Source: Marsupella aquatica
Taxonomy: Eukaryota; Plantae; Marchantiophyta
DNA: 64,000 nucleotides
Assembly (NCBI GenBank): GCA_973895155.1
Contig: OZ316891.1
Span: 20,968,169-21,032,168, forward strand
Direction of reading: 5' to 3'
The translations under genes were made by a program, and so were the position numbers. Below, piece by piece: positions 1 through 13,369 of the stretch (position 1 is the stretch's first letter; every line of letters starts with the position of its first letter). The notes beneath the pieces were generated by a model, which saw only the letters and a program-made list of their open reading frames with translations, did no database searches and was not told the origin of the DNA.

Positions 1-2300
1 AGTGCTCTCTAGTGCAACAATGCTAGTTGTCTAAAGAAAGTTGTATAAGAAGACATGGTGGACAAGGATATTATTTATCTAAGAGCACTCGGCCCACTGG
101 TCCGTTATCAGGACTGGATAAGAGCGAGTATAGGGACCATCTAGTAGGCCCAGTTATAGAACCCCGACTATGCCCCGGTCTGTGCACCCCAACGTCGCGC
201 GCCAATGTTTTTAAAATTTGAGGCTGACAGTCCTGCATTCAATTACAGGAGTTGAATGAGGTGCTAAAGGATAATGAAGACTCGGAGACCAAGCAAGAGT
301 TCATGGAGGAGAAAATCCGGGATCTAAAAACTATGGTGTTAAATTATAGAGAGAAACAGCTCAAAGCACTCATAAAGAAAGTCATAGGGAAAGAACCAAA
401 GAAGAGATTTCTTATTGATACAATTGAGGTGATCACTAAGGAGCAGGTTACATAAGCTATGAAGGAAGTAGTCAAAGAGACCATGGGAACCACTGAAGGA
501 CAGACACACCAGGAGAATGATCAGGGGGAAGCCATAACAGCCGAAGGTTCAATGGATCCTCAGATTACAGATGAGACAACCAATGATGGAATACAAGTGG
601 ATGGGACATCGGGGACAAGTCCCAAAGGTAAGTAAAGGAGCAATGAAATTTTGCAAGCTAAACTAGCAAAATTTTTAGGTTAAGTATTGAGTTACAGTTA
701 AGCACAGGTCGAGTCATTAGGGCACTTACTATTTAAACTCTGTAAAAATTGACTAGAACTTCATTTTGTCTAGTTGAGGCTCAGTTTTGGTTAGGCAACA
801 GTTGTATAGAGATGGATCAGTCTAGAGTCATCCGCTTGGTTGGAGTAACGATTGCAGCGATTTGGGGCATGCACGGCAATGACTTAGTTTATGAAGGCTA
901 CGATATCATGCTGGAAGATGGAAAGCGGTGTGCCTTGGGGCCGAATGCCCGAAGAGCTAGACTGAGTAGAGAGGAACAAAATGTAGGGTTGTCAGTGTGA
1001 AATCGGGTGAATTGATCATTTTTGTCGACCAGTAGGCTTAGGCCAATATATGTACAATTTCTTTGTGCAAATCAATGATGGTGTCTATCAAGTGTGGGAA
1101 GAAGCCGACTGCCAATTGTTTGGAGTCACTAGGCATGAGTTTTATATGCAAGTTGATACATAGGAACAAAATTGTTATCGTGTCATGAATGAGTGTTGGG
1201 TAGTGAGACTTGTGGAAAATCAGAAAAAGAAGACTAAACAGATATTAGGGTTCCACAAGATGAGAACCAACCCAACCTATGGACAAACATGAGAAGAAAG
1301 CAGTGAAACAAGAATGGCACAAGTGGAGACAACAATGCAGGAACTTAGCACTGAAGTAGTGGGAACAGAAGATGAAATCGAAATGACAGGTCAGGTGCAA
1401 GAATAACTGACAAACAACCAGTAAGGAGATGTGCTATCCGGTAGCAAGGAACAATTATTAGTTTTACTTGTTAACCAACAAGTATAACAATTAACATAAC
1501 TATTAGCATTATTTAGTTGAATAAAATGGTTACAAAAACTGAATAAACAATTTGACAATTACAACTGCTGATAGTTAGGAGAAGTTAGGAAAAACCTATT
1601 TGTATGAAGGATATAGGGTAGTAGAGTAGGAGTGAGAAGGGTCATTTGTTGTGGAAACTTTCAGGATCAGGAAGCTAAAGAAGCAGCCCAGGAAGAGGTA
1701 GTGCCGAATTGCTAGACCTGGAGGTAGAGAGATGGAAGCCCATGGAAGGAAAACCATGTAAAGAAATTGTTGTGTTCATGGAATGAAAGATGCAATCAAG
1801 ACCTACTGGCAGAACTGCAGGAAGCATTTGATTACATAGTTTGTACTTGTTGTATGTCAATGGAATTAAAATTAAGAACTAAGTTGACGGCGAAGAAAAG
1901 ATGGCTAGAAATATTAACATTGACAATGGGAAATTTATTTGGATTTGGTTGGACCTGTTAAAGGGAGAATAAGAATTGTATGGCATGTGGAAATTGAAAT
2001 CGCAAACTATTAAGAGAATCTCTACAAGCTTAGAATAAATAGAAATTGTCCAGAAATGTTGTAAAAGGGAGACCTAAAGTAGTGAAATATGGATTGGTCG
2101 TTTAAATTTGAACGCATTCCATTTGGGCTACAGAATGCACCAAATAAATGCAAACACATAATTGAAAGTTGGATGAGAATTATTGAATAAGAAGAATCAA
2201 TACACTAGAAGAAAACGACCCCTTTTGAGACCCTATGCTTTGTGACTTTAGGGAGACTTTCAAAAATACATGACTCCAAGTTTACGGGAGTCATGTTTGT
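1..2300 (+). mobile_element. Degenerate Ty3/gypsy-like LTR retrotransposon internal remnant
   Basis: Purine/A-rich fragmented ORFs. 2101-2142 translates FKFERIPFGLQNAP, matching the gypsy RT motif (F/Y)xxMPFGLxNAP. No continuous pol frame; boundaries approximate. Confidence 0.45.
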
Positions 2301-3976
2301 TACATTTTATCAACTGATTTTTGGGGGATATTTGTGAAAGTCATTCCTACAACTTCTGATAAAGTAGCAATTGTAACACTAATAGGTGAGTCATATGTAA
2401 GTTGAATAAGTTACTCTCCATTACGACATTATGAAATAGAGTGCAAGAAGTTGTACATGCACTACAACTTCACCAGCCTGGCCCTACATCATTTTTATAC
2501 ATTAAGTAATACTAGTGGCATCAATATGAAGCCCCACAAAATGAAGACCAATGTTTTTGGATCTAATATATATGAGTAAGTACCTTCCATTGCCTCGTAA
2601 TTAAATAGACTGTAGGTAGGACGCTAGCTTGCACTCTACACATCACGGAAGGTCTACTTAAACAAGGTTATTGCTTTATTGTGGATTTGTTGCTGATTAC
2701 CTTTTTTAAGTGTCGCCATGCCATATGGCCTTATTAGGCCAATATATATATATATAGTGTGTGTGTGTCCATGGCCAAGTCATATATATATACCATAAGC
2801 CACAATGCATGTAGTTAATTAATTATCATACATAATGGTTGCATTGCATGACCCTAAACTCTAGCCTCAAATTAAAATAAGATGGGAACCAAGGTTAGGG
2901 TTGCCATATAGGTGGTGGCCTGGGGTGGGTTTAATTTAATGCCATGCCTAGACTACGTCCTGCATGCCCCTTCCATGCATCACTCCATTTGGGGGTACCA
3001 ATGGTTTAGGGTTTAGGGTTGAATGCATTCCAGATTGCCAAGCACCATTGTCGATTCCTTCCGCGCGGAGCTGTTAGTCAATTTGCGCATAGTTTCCTCA
3101 CCAAAATTGGAAAGTGTTTTCTCACTCAGTCTGGCTAGCAGGAACAGCAAGGGATCGTGAGTGATTGAGGAGCAAGGTAGAAGCGCAAGGGATTTCTGCT
3201 GGTGCATTTGGGGATGCTAATCGATCCAAAGTTCTGCAGGAGAGTGCGTGTCTAGTCGATCCAGTGCGAGTTCAAGTGAACAAGATAGTGTTGCGGTATA
3301 GTGTTGTCTAGATTTGTATGCTAATCTGTTGGGGATCGAACAACACACCTGCCATGTGACAGGGGCCCAAACCCGGTAGTAACTTAGTGAGGACTTATAA
3401 TTGTGTATATAAGTAGAAAGACAAGTAGGTGTAGTAAAAGTGTTTGGATTTTCAAATTTTTAATTTTTGTTAGTTCTAATAAATGGATGCGACAACCGGA
3501 GACCGGAGTTGAGAGGGGTGCCAGGCGGTGATGGATGACAAGGGAACCATTGAGGGGGTACAAGTAGGTCACAAGGCATCCCAAGGATTTGGAGGCACGG
3601 CGTGGGAATCTTGGAAGGGTGGGGGCCGGCCGGAGGCTCCACATAAGGCGCAAAACGGGAATAATGACCAAAATATAGAAAACGTTGAAATTTGAAACAA
3701 ACGTTTCTGCGCTAGAACTATTCCAAACATGGTCATGTTTGGATTCATTTTGAAGCCCTCAATGAGTCCCACGCGAAATTGGGGTTCCCTAGTTGAGTTT
3801 AGGTCTGTATCAAATAGTGACATCTTGAGAAACCTCAATGCCAGTAAAATGGTAACACTAGGCAATCTTGGAGTAGTGATGGTGGGAGGGCCCTTAGAAG
3901 GAAGGGGTTCTCACACTTGTGTTCCCCTTCACCCTTTGTGTGGTCCTCACATGGTTTTTGCTCTCTTTCCCTTCCT

Positions 3977-4108
3977 TACTCCGTAGAAGGGGCACTCCGT
4001 AGAAGGGCACTCCATAGAGGAACCATCCCGTAGAAGAAGAGGGACACTCCGTAGAAGGGCACTCCGTAGAAGGGCACTCCGTAGAAGGACATATCCGTAG
4101 AAGGGCCC
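3977..4108. repeat. Minisatellite, ~15-16-bp unit (CTCCGTAGAAGGGCA), about 7 degenerate copies
   Basis: Directly visible tandem copies of ccgtagaagg(g)cact. Confidence 0.9.
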
Positions 4109-7100
4109 CTCACACTTTCTTCCTTCCCTTTTTCTCTATTCTCACTTGTGGGGTTCCCACCCATTCCTAAACCCTAAACCCTTTCCCTGTTGTGTTTCCT
4201 TTCAATGTGTGTACGGACCGTGGTTGTATGAATATCAGATTTTTGACCATCTCAAAATCAGGAGTTTATGGGCTTGTTGGAAAGAGCTCACCAAGCTGAA
4301 TCCAACAACGTGTCACACGGCCAAAACGGAGCTAAGATGGACGAGATATAGTGGATCGCATTTTTTTGAGAATACGGGAGTTTGGAGGCCGTACGGACGT
4401 CCGTACGTCAGGAGATCCCGGATTTCCAAGGGGAGAAGGAAGTAGCAGCACCTACAGAGATTGTGATCTGTGTTTTTCAAAGCCGGGGCCCCCTAGTGTT
4501 GTACGGACGAAACAGAGGGAGACGGTGCCCCGTAAAAACTTAAACGATCATATCTTGGCCGTTTGACCTCCGTTTTGTGCGCCGTTTATGGAGCCGTGAT
4601 CAGGAAGAGGAGGGCTCCTCAGACATGTTTTCAGAAGTGAATTCTGAGAAAAAAATTTCAACAATTGTAGAGGCCCCCTCCTTTTACAACGGACCGGTGG
4701 TGGCGATCAAGAGGATTGAGGCTGGTAGGCAAGGTAGATAGATAGGATAGGAGGTGGTGGATTCAAGTGAGTCCTTGTTTAGCGGAGTGGTATTCACTCC
4801 AGATGAGAGTGATGAGGAGGCCAAATCACAGGGCTCAAGCCATGGTACTGTGAGTCATGAGGAGGAGGACTAGGGTGGCCGTACGGACTTGTTGTACAAC
4901 CTCTTGGTTTTGAAAATTTTCTAAAGTGGGCACTCACGGGCTTTTTGGAAAGAGCTCATGGAGCCGATTCCAACAAGAGACGACGCTCCTCAAACGGAGT
5001 CAGGATGAGAGAGTTAGAGCCCTGCGAAGTTGGTCTGTACGGGATACTAAAACATCCATAACTGGGTCGTCCGAAGTCCGTTTGCGGAGCCATTTATGGA
5101 TTCGTGATCAGGAGAAGCAAAGCTATCCAAGGCTCCCCTCAGGGGAGTAGTTGGGCATATTTGAGGTTTAGACCATGAGTGGCCCCCTCACTTTCCCGAG
5201 ACTACAGATGATTATGGTTGGCACCGTCTAAGGCACCGACGGTCCCGTAGTTAGTTTAGGGTTTTTAGGAGCATGTGTGTGCCGCATGTTTTCGGTTAGG
5301 GATTTCTCGTGAATGGTTTTTAGCGGCGCCGCTGGGATAGCCGCCATCGTGGTGACCCCGTGAGGGGTGCTTTGGTGTGTTTTTTCAGTATTTAGGGGGA
5401 GCCCCGTAGTGAGCTAAGGTGGGGAACTCAGTCTAGTGTTGGTTTGAGGGAAGTTAGCTCATAGCCAGAAGAGGGAATCAAGCCAGAGTAGTGAGGTAGA
5501 GGTGTCAGTAGCACTTGCCCTAGTGAGGCAAGAGTTGGGCAAACGGCAAGAGGCCGGGTTGTCCTTGCAATATGTTACGACATTTTGCCAAAACATATGG
5601 ATTTGGTTTGATTCCTCAAGATTTGGTGTGACGTTATCTTTTTTGGTTCACGATTGTGTTCTTTCCCCAAGAAGTGTCTAAGGAATCTTTGCACGGATTG
5701 GTCAACCATGTGAGTAGGAGGGGTGGTGACAACACTCCACCAACGACCAGTAGGAGTGTGTGTGGTGTAGTCCATGGGACTTGATCAAAAGCAGAGAGGC
5801 TAGTCGATAGACTTGATCAAAAATTACATTTCCGGGAGCAGAAATAAATATACTCATCCTACATGCAATAGAACCTGAATAGTGTCCCTCCACGTTCCCG
5901 TCGTACGATAACAAACAATTTTAGTAGGAGGAAATACGTATTTGTCGTGTAAATCGTTTAATGAGGATGAAAATTATTGCGATCTATAGGTGTGGTGCAT
6001 CCAAAGGATGCACAGGTTTGGTAGGAGTGATATATCGTGATAATTTTATTATTCCTGATGAAAAGTTGCGGAACTCGATTACCTTAACACTTAGCTCCAG
6101 CGTCACTGACTCTGACGCTGAGCTCCCTTATGGTCCAGGCCTGGATAGGCCATCTGGGGAGGACTTAGCATGGGGAGACTTGTGGGCAACGAGACGTGGC
6201 GCTAGCGAGGCAAGGAGCCAAGTTGGTGACACACACTAAGGACTTGGATTAGTTGAGAGCTGGTAGGGTCAAGGAGAAATGAGCTAGGCTCAAGGATGGC
6301 CATCCGGACCTCCGATCACAATGGGCTAAGGCCTATCAAGAAAGTTATGGGCGTTGCCAATTGGTGGCGCGCCCATTATGCGCGATGAGATCCGAGTTTG
6401 GGGCCAAATGTTTAGGGACCAAAGCTGGTCCGGGGGTGGCAGGTCTCCAGAAGCATATATGAGGGGAGTGGTGTCTCCCTAGGGGCTAAGGGCGAGCCTA
6501 AGTCATGAGCCGTGACGGTCGCGACACTCAGGGAAACCGCCAAACAGAAATGACGATATCTTCCCAACGGGAAGTCCGTTGGAGGACTTATTAGGTGCGT
6601 TGAAAAGCTCTTGAGAAGGGCTATGCCCTCCTAAGGTTATCTGGGTCTAGGGGTACCTTGGGTTCTTGGGGTTTGCGGGTGTTAACTCGCCCGCTTGCCA
6701 AACCCCGCCGAATAGCAGCCAAGCCGCGTTCAGTCTTCCTAAGGAGCTTGCATTGGGAAGGCAAGGCCAAGTAGGTGTGGGGTTGAGTCCCAAGAATGTT
6801 TGGCCCCCAGACCATCAGTGGGGCAAATCGGGAGTTGGATTCTAGAGTCGGGGCCATTATGGTCCTGGCGTGTTTGGACAAGCTTGAGACAAGCTTTAGG
6901 ACAAGCTACGTTAATTGGGCTATGAGCATGTCCTGGGGTCAGGGCGGTCAGTTGGTGATGGATAGGTACGAGGGGGAACCTGGCCGCGCCCAAGGAAGGA
7001 GCTATTTTGGATGAACAGTGGGTGTGGGCTCTGGTTCTGGCTTATGGCATCGAGAGGATCTATCGCTAACCTGTTTACCAACGTCTGTTGAGCTTGAGTT

Positions 7101-7439
7101 AGGATGCTAGACTTGACGAGTTCTAGATCCAGAAGGGTTACTTACCGAGATGCTTGGTTGCTTGTGCAGACAGGGAGGACCGTTGAGTAGCGGTCATGTA
7201 GGAGAGCAAGTGCGGCTTCGTATGGGAGGGGCCGCTGGTTGTGCAAGAGGCACTAGGGTGCTTGCTCGAGGTATTCCATGGAGATGTACGGGCACTAAGG
7301 GCACTTAAGCGTGAGTGTTGGGATTGGTGAGGGCGCTTGGTGGCAAGGTCCACCACTTGAAATCACTATTACTAAATATATAGATTAGGTTCATATTTTG
7401 TTATGGGATAACTAAATAGTTTGACTACTACTCATTTTA

Positions 7440-7730
7440 TGTGCATGCAAGGTAAACACCTATGCAAACCACAAGATGCACGCATAAATTATTTTAATAT
7501 ATGCATAAATTATTTTATTTGCATACAATAGTCATTTTACATGCATGCAAGGTGAGCAAATATGTAACCACAAGGTGCATGCACAATTTATTTTAGATAT
7601 ATGCAAATTGTTCTATTTGCATGTATTTGTTATTTTATATGCATACAAGATGGGTAAATATGCAAGCCACGAGATGCATGCATGCACAAAGTTTTTTAGG
7701 TGCATGCATTAGTCGTTTTACTTACATGCA
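7440..7730. repeat. Degenerate ~100-bp tandem repeat (about 3 copies) rich in CATGCA motifs, inside the LTR
   Basis: tgcatgcaaggt...tatg(c/t)aa(a)ccacaag..gca recurs near 7442, 7542 and 7640. Confidence 0.7.
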
Positions 7731-8158
7731 TCATTTTTTTGATGGCAATAGTACTAGCACACATTCCCATGTTTGATGTGTGTCACTTGACTTTCATCCA
7801 AGCGTTTGGGCGTAATCCATGCCATTTTGGTTCAGTATAAATAAAGTGGTGAGAGACACTCTCTCTTTATTCCCACGTTTTGATAATTCTTGTATCAAAG
7901 CAATCCTCTTTTCATCTCTCATATTTTTCTATTTCTTTGCCTTATTAGTAATGATACGTCCTTTGGCCCGGATAGCAAAGGAATGAGTGGTAGACTTATA
8001 CTTGGGACCTTAGGAACAAGGTCTCTTTGGGAACTTAGGGGTGAGGCATCCTTTGGTCTGGATAGCAAAGGAACAAGAGAGTCATCATGAATCATAAAGA
8101 GAGAGATATCCCTAATCTTCCCCTTCATAACCCGATTTTGATTAGAGTTGTCACGCCA

Positions 8159-10190
8159 AAAGATCCGTCCGTACGCGGATTTTGGCTTAGGCTGGCATAA
8201 ACTCCGTTAGACTTATTGAGGTTTTGGGCAAGAAGAGATGTGCAAACGGTACTTTATTCCCATAACCCGGCGCTAAGCGCGGCTAATTATACTCTTACAC
8301 ATACCATAGGTATGCTTTGGATTCTGCCATTGGAACGTACCTTAAGTCGATAGCTTGATCGACCTCGGCTTAAGGACTTCTAAGATTTTGTGCTGTCCAC
8401 CTCCAATCTGGATCCGATGATACGGGGTATCCAACCCAGACTCGCAACCACTATCCGCAGCCGACACCACATGCACAACTTGCGTAATGTGTTCGGCCAA
8501 GCGCTTTCTACCAGTATACAAGATTGACGACTACAACTGGAATTCACAACCTACAATCCCAATTTACGTGAAGGAAATGATGGGGAAAAGACTTTACTTT
8601 AGAATCCGTCATACACACACACGGTTGACTCGACTTCTTTTGAATTAGCAGGCCCAACGGCGTCTAGATGTACATTACAATAGAGCTTGGCTCCGCACTC
8701 GCCCGACAAGATTAGTCATAGGTGCTCTCTTATTCACGAAGGCCGGGGCTGCCCACACATCCTACGGACACCCGATTATGAACCTAAAATCTCCCATTGC
8801 CTCTATCAGGGAGTGCACTAAATACTAACTAAGAGCCGTGGCCAGGCACGGCCACGAGGCTTGGATCTAATCTGACCTAAATTCCTCTGAATGTCAGGCC
8901 AAAAAAGGCATGCCTTATTCTAAGATTCTACGCTAAGTAGGGTTGGTCGGATAGGACAGCGCCGCTTAACTAGTTTTGGTGCTTGTCCCTAGCATTTGTC
9001 CTCCCTGTCCTAACTCTAGTCTAAACCTACTCCACCGCTAATGTCTGGCATGCTTGCCAGACCCACCCAAGTTGGACTTGGAGTGGCCGTCCCGCTGTCT
9101 TCTTAGACAGTCTACGTCCTTCTTGAGTAGTTGGATTTGATCCAGGAGAGAGTCGTTCTCTCACTTTGTAGCGTCCGTCTCCTCCGCGGTTTCCTGGCAC
9201 GCCTCCTCCAACTACTGGGCGTTGCTCATCAGCTGCGCCACCAGTTGGCCTTGTTTAGTGGCTTCTTGTAGAAGCCGCGCCACCTCCGCCTTCAGGGTAC
9301 CAATCTCCGCTATATCTCTTTGGGCCCGAGCATCGGTGTCCTCGACATCCTTTTGCCAAGTAACAGCTTGTCCCTTCAGGTTGTCAATCTGCACCCAAAG
9401 CTGAGCAATCTTTGCGTCCTTCTTGGCTCCGGCTTGTGCGGCCAATGCCGCCTTGGCTTTGGCCTCGGTGATCTGGGCCAAAATGGTCACAAGCTGGGGC
9501 CGAAGAAGCTGAAGCTAGGTCTCTCGGTCTGAGGCTTCATTTAATAGTTGGGTTACCTCAACCCCATACTGCTCTATCTTCCTCGTGGCTTTGGACTATG
9601 CATGTCTTGCCCGTCCTGCCGCAACTAGCTCGTGGTTGAAGAAGTACGCCACCTTTCGGGCCATAAACAACCCAACGTCTCAACTGACTTTTGCGGAGAA
9701 GTTGCCGAGCAACCCATTCAGAAATGTACCCGAAGCAAAGTATTTTGGGTTCATTAGGTTGTGGCTGCTGGCTCTCGGGCACTGATCTCCTTCTAGCTAG
9801 GTGGGGGTGGACAAATCCAACTGTGGGGTGACAAAGACAGGGGTAGCTGGATCCGTGATAAGGCGCGAGTGGCCCAAAGTTTACCGGGTAGGATCTCTAG
9901 TCATCCACTCCCCATTCCCAGGTCATTGCATATCGGGCATGCCCAGGATCAGGAACAACGTATTTTTTTGGCCATGCGGTTGCCTCACAAAAGCCCAATA
10001 CTTTTTCCCCTACATGCCTTCTTCCTACCCCCATTTTTCCAGGAGAAACACTTTGCAAATGTGCACAAATTTCTCTTGATTGTCCAGTGTCAACTTCGGT
10101 TCACATTTCAATCTTTGTGCTGGCTGAGAGCAACCTCCATGATAGCAGGTATGGCATGCGTGATAGTAAACTGGAGTTAAATTACAACAT
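8159..10190 (-). mobile_element. Probable LTR-retrotransposon remnant with a coiled-coil ORF fragment, interrupted by the 3355-8153 element
   Basis: Removing 3355-8153 joins TGTTGGGGATCG (3327; LTR-end-like CCCCAACA on the minus strand) to 8159 onward. Minus-strand Ala/Gln/Lys-rich coiled-coil ORF at 9212-9490. No TSD found. Confidence 0.35.
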
Positions 10191-10372
10191 TTTTTAGCTA
10201 GCTTTGGGCGCCAGAAAAAAAATGTTGTCTAGAAAAAAAAAACCTTTTTTTTCCAAAAGAAATTCAAAAAATAAAAAATAAAAAATTACCTCTAATATTC
10301 CTGTTACTAGTTTTTGTTTCCTATTTCTTGTCATTTGTAAATACCCCCAATGATTGACTATTTCCCGACAGT

Positions 10373-12185
10373 GTTAACCGTTGGAGTTAACTACCTGCTG
10401 AATCCTTGAATTAACTATCCAACATAACTTCTAACTTCATTAATTTTTCTTTTTGTATCAATCAAACATTTTACGGCCTTCATTTACTTGATTCTTGTGC
10501 ACTCTTCGCTTGCTATCCAGCCTTTCCGACAATTAGATAGTGACAACTTGTGCAATTACTCGAGATATTGATCTAACTTTCCCTAGCCGCAGACCCCATC
10601 TGTCACCTGAATTGAGGGTTAGCTTCCATTTACCCTTCAACTAATGTTTTTTCAAAGAGGATCTCTAGACCCATAGTGGTAGATTCATCAACTTAAGTGA
10701 TAGGCGGGGTCTGCGGTGTCGTAAGGAAATTAGACTATATGGAGAATAACTTGGTTTTATAGAGTAAAAATATAAAAGTAGAGATTTATGTGATAACAGG
10801 TAGATTTTGACTTCTACCAAAATAAAGTTATAGATATTACAAATTACCATAGTGAAAAGTAATTTCTAGAATTTATCATAGTAAAATGGTAAATTCTGGT
10901 AACTTCTAAAATCTACCTGGTAAATTTAAAATAGCAAAATTTTAAATTTATCATAGTAAAAGGTAAATTTTGATGACTTATAGAATTTACCATGGTAAAA
11001 AAATAAGTTATAGAATTTATCGTGATAAAAAAATTAACTCTAGTAAGTTTAGTAATTTCTAGTATCTTCTAGGATACTCTTGTAAAGGGACCAACATGGT
11101 CTGGCTCCATCTATAAATAAGAGGGAGGCTCGTCTTCCCAATGGAGTCCATTTTCTAGCATTTCAAGCGTATGAGTGCAATGATCTAAGTTTCCTAATTC
11201 TTGGTCATGGAAGACATTACCATCACTCGAGTACCTTGAAGATGGAGTTTTGAATCTGACAAGGTTGGCTATGCCGCCAATACCATATATATAATGTTTA
11301 CAAATATGTGATTGAGTAGGGACGGCTCTGTCGCTGAACCTTTTTTCTAGTTAGAAAGCATATAGGAAATATGAATGTCAATATGGATTTGAATGAGTCC
11401 ACAAATTCTAAATTTGCTTTCTACTATGAGCATTAAGTTGATAGTAAAGAGGAAGGTAGATATTAGGCAAGTTCTTACACAAAAGTTTGGGAAAGAAGGA
11501 TACACTACATTATCGCATTGTTGGATCCATTAATTCTCTATAGATGCACGAATGAGGATGTGAGTGTTTTTCATAATAGTGTAATAGATGAGAGATCATA
11601 GCCGAGAGTTGACAAAAGTACGTAGAGAAGATTATCACTTGGAGGAGAGATTTGTGAAGTGTGGGCCTGACCCCGACTACTCTGGTGTTATTGCCAATAA
11701 TTGGAGTAGATCACACATATCTCTTGGTATCAAAAGTATTTAGGAGTCCTTGCGGAAAAGGGTACGGCCTTCCCACCCAATTTATCTAGAGAAAATTGCA
11801 AGAGGCACAGGGAAACCCAAAGAACTTGAGAAATGGCCGGGAGGGGACAAGGCTCTCAAGAGAATTGGTGCTAAGCATGAGGTCTCTTATAAGTGGTAAA
11901 TAGCACAATTAGCGCATGCACCCAGACACCCGACGTGTTCTTGAGAGCTTACTATTCTCATGACAGTGGCTAAAGAGAGTCGGACCAATGTCTCGAGTAA
12001 TTGCAAAGGTCATCACTATCTAATTGTTGAAAAGGCTGGATAGCAGGTGAAAAGTGCACAAGAAATCTTGTAAATTAAAGTTGTATGATGTTTAATTGAA
12101 ACAAGAAGGGACATTAATGAAGTTAAGAGTTATGGTGGGTAATTAATTCAAGGATTTAGCAACTAGTCAACTCTAGCGGTTAACA
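10373..12185. mobile_element. Non-autonomous DNA transposon with ~200-bp terminal inverted repeats (Mutator-like/foldback)
   Basis: 10373-10570 (GTTAACCGTTGGAGTTAACT...GCAATTACTCGAGA) is an imperfect reverse complement of ~11988-12185. Internal AT-rich subrepeats (AATTTACCATGGTAAAA-like, 10800-11060), TATA box near 11112 and a decayed + strand frame at ~11630-11900. TSD not resolved. Confidence 0.7.
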
Positions 12186-12214
12186 ATCTTGTTTAATTAT
12201 CTCATCGTCATGGT

Positions 12215-13369
12215 GGAAAACTTGTTGAAGCCAATGCTGGGAAGAGGAGAGTTGCGGTGCATTGGTGCAACAACTCTAGATGAGTATCGCAAGTGCATAG
12301 AGAAAGATTACCTTGGAGTGACGATTCCAACAAGTTTACGTTGACCAATCCTCTATAGAAAACACAATCTCCATCCTTTGGGGCCTTTGTCAATGATACA
12401 AGTTGCATCATGCAGTTCAAATTTCTGATAGCGCCTTGGTGGAAGCTGCAATGCTTTCAGATCGCTACATCAGGGATAAGTTCCTTCCTTATATAGGTTT
12501 GTTCTCAACTGTTATGTGTTTGTGTTGTATGGGGACGGTCGGGGGGACGGTATCATTTTGCATCAACTCGCTTTTTGTTCCTCTGACAGGCAGAACTCAT
12601 TGTTAATTAAGCAATTGAAATGTTGAGGATGTCTGTGTGACTGTCTGCCACGGGATTTGAGCTTAACCCCTGAATTCGGTGCGTGGGTGGCATGTACAGC
12701 TATCGACTTGGTGGACGAAGCAGCAGCAAAATTGAAGATGGAGATTACTTCAAAGCCTACAACATTGGGTGAGATAGATCGAGTAGTCTTGAAATTAGAA
12801 ATGGAGCGATTGTCAATTAGGCAATGACACTAACAAAGGATCTCGGGTCCGTCTTAGTAAGATTGTAAACGAGTTGAATCTTTGGAAGGAGAAGCAAAAT
12901 ACACTCACAGACCAATGGGAGCTTGAGAAGTCTGTCATGACACAAATCCAGTCAATTAAGGAAGAGGTAAACTCTCCAACCAATATCTATTGGAATGAAA
13001 ATTCTGCAGCATTTGAATTCAAGACTCGCCCCTCAATTTTTAGGTTGGAGGGGCATTTCTTCAAACTAGACGTTCTGCCATACTGATAAATATTTGGTTG
13101 ACGTTGACAGGTGGATATAGTGAATCTAGAAATACAGCAGGCTGAACATGACTACAATCTCAGCCGGGCCACCGAGCTCAAGTACGGCAGTCTCATAACC
13201 CTCCAGAAGCAACTAGAGCAAGCAGAGAAAGGGTTGGACAAGTTTTGAGGAAATGGGAGGTTATTGCTTTGTGAGGATGTGACCCAAGATGACATTCTAG
13301 AGATAGTGAGCAAATGGACAGGCATTCCATTGTCGAAATTGAAGCAGTCCGATTCAATTACAGGTGGAC
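12215..13369 (+). pseudogene. CLPB3: Plastid/organellar ClpB (Hsp100) pseudogene, 5' portion (end of NBD1 and middle domain)
   Basis: Exons ~12215-12496, 12700-12966 and 13111-13369 read [36 protein letters not shown]|[27 protein letters not shown]|VDIVNLEIQQAE...KWTGIPLSKLKQSD with GT-AG introns. Several stops and frameshifts. Symbol assigned from recalled similarity to plant ClpB3/4. Confidence 0.9.

Larger units (their letters stand above)
3355..8153 (+). mobile_element. ~4.8-kb solo LTR or non-autonomous LTR element with 5-bp target-site duplication
   Basis: Starts TGTGACA (3355), ends GTTGTCA (8153). Flanks are TGCCA (3350-3354) and CGCCA (8154-8158), a 5-bp TSD with one CpG transition. 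TATA-like TATAAATAAA near 7836 lies ~320 bp from the 3' end. Internal repeats, no long ORF. Confidence 0.6.

Noticed and set aside
3003-3020. Telomeric TTTAGGG repeats (also near 4168)
   Set aside because: Only about 2 units; common interstitial telo-box motifs in plant repeats.
5573-6089. Nested solo LTR (TGTTA...TAACA)
   Set aside because: Termini are suggestive but flanks (CAATA versus CTTAG) show no TSD.
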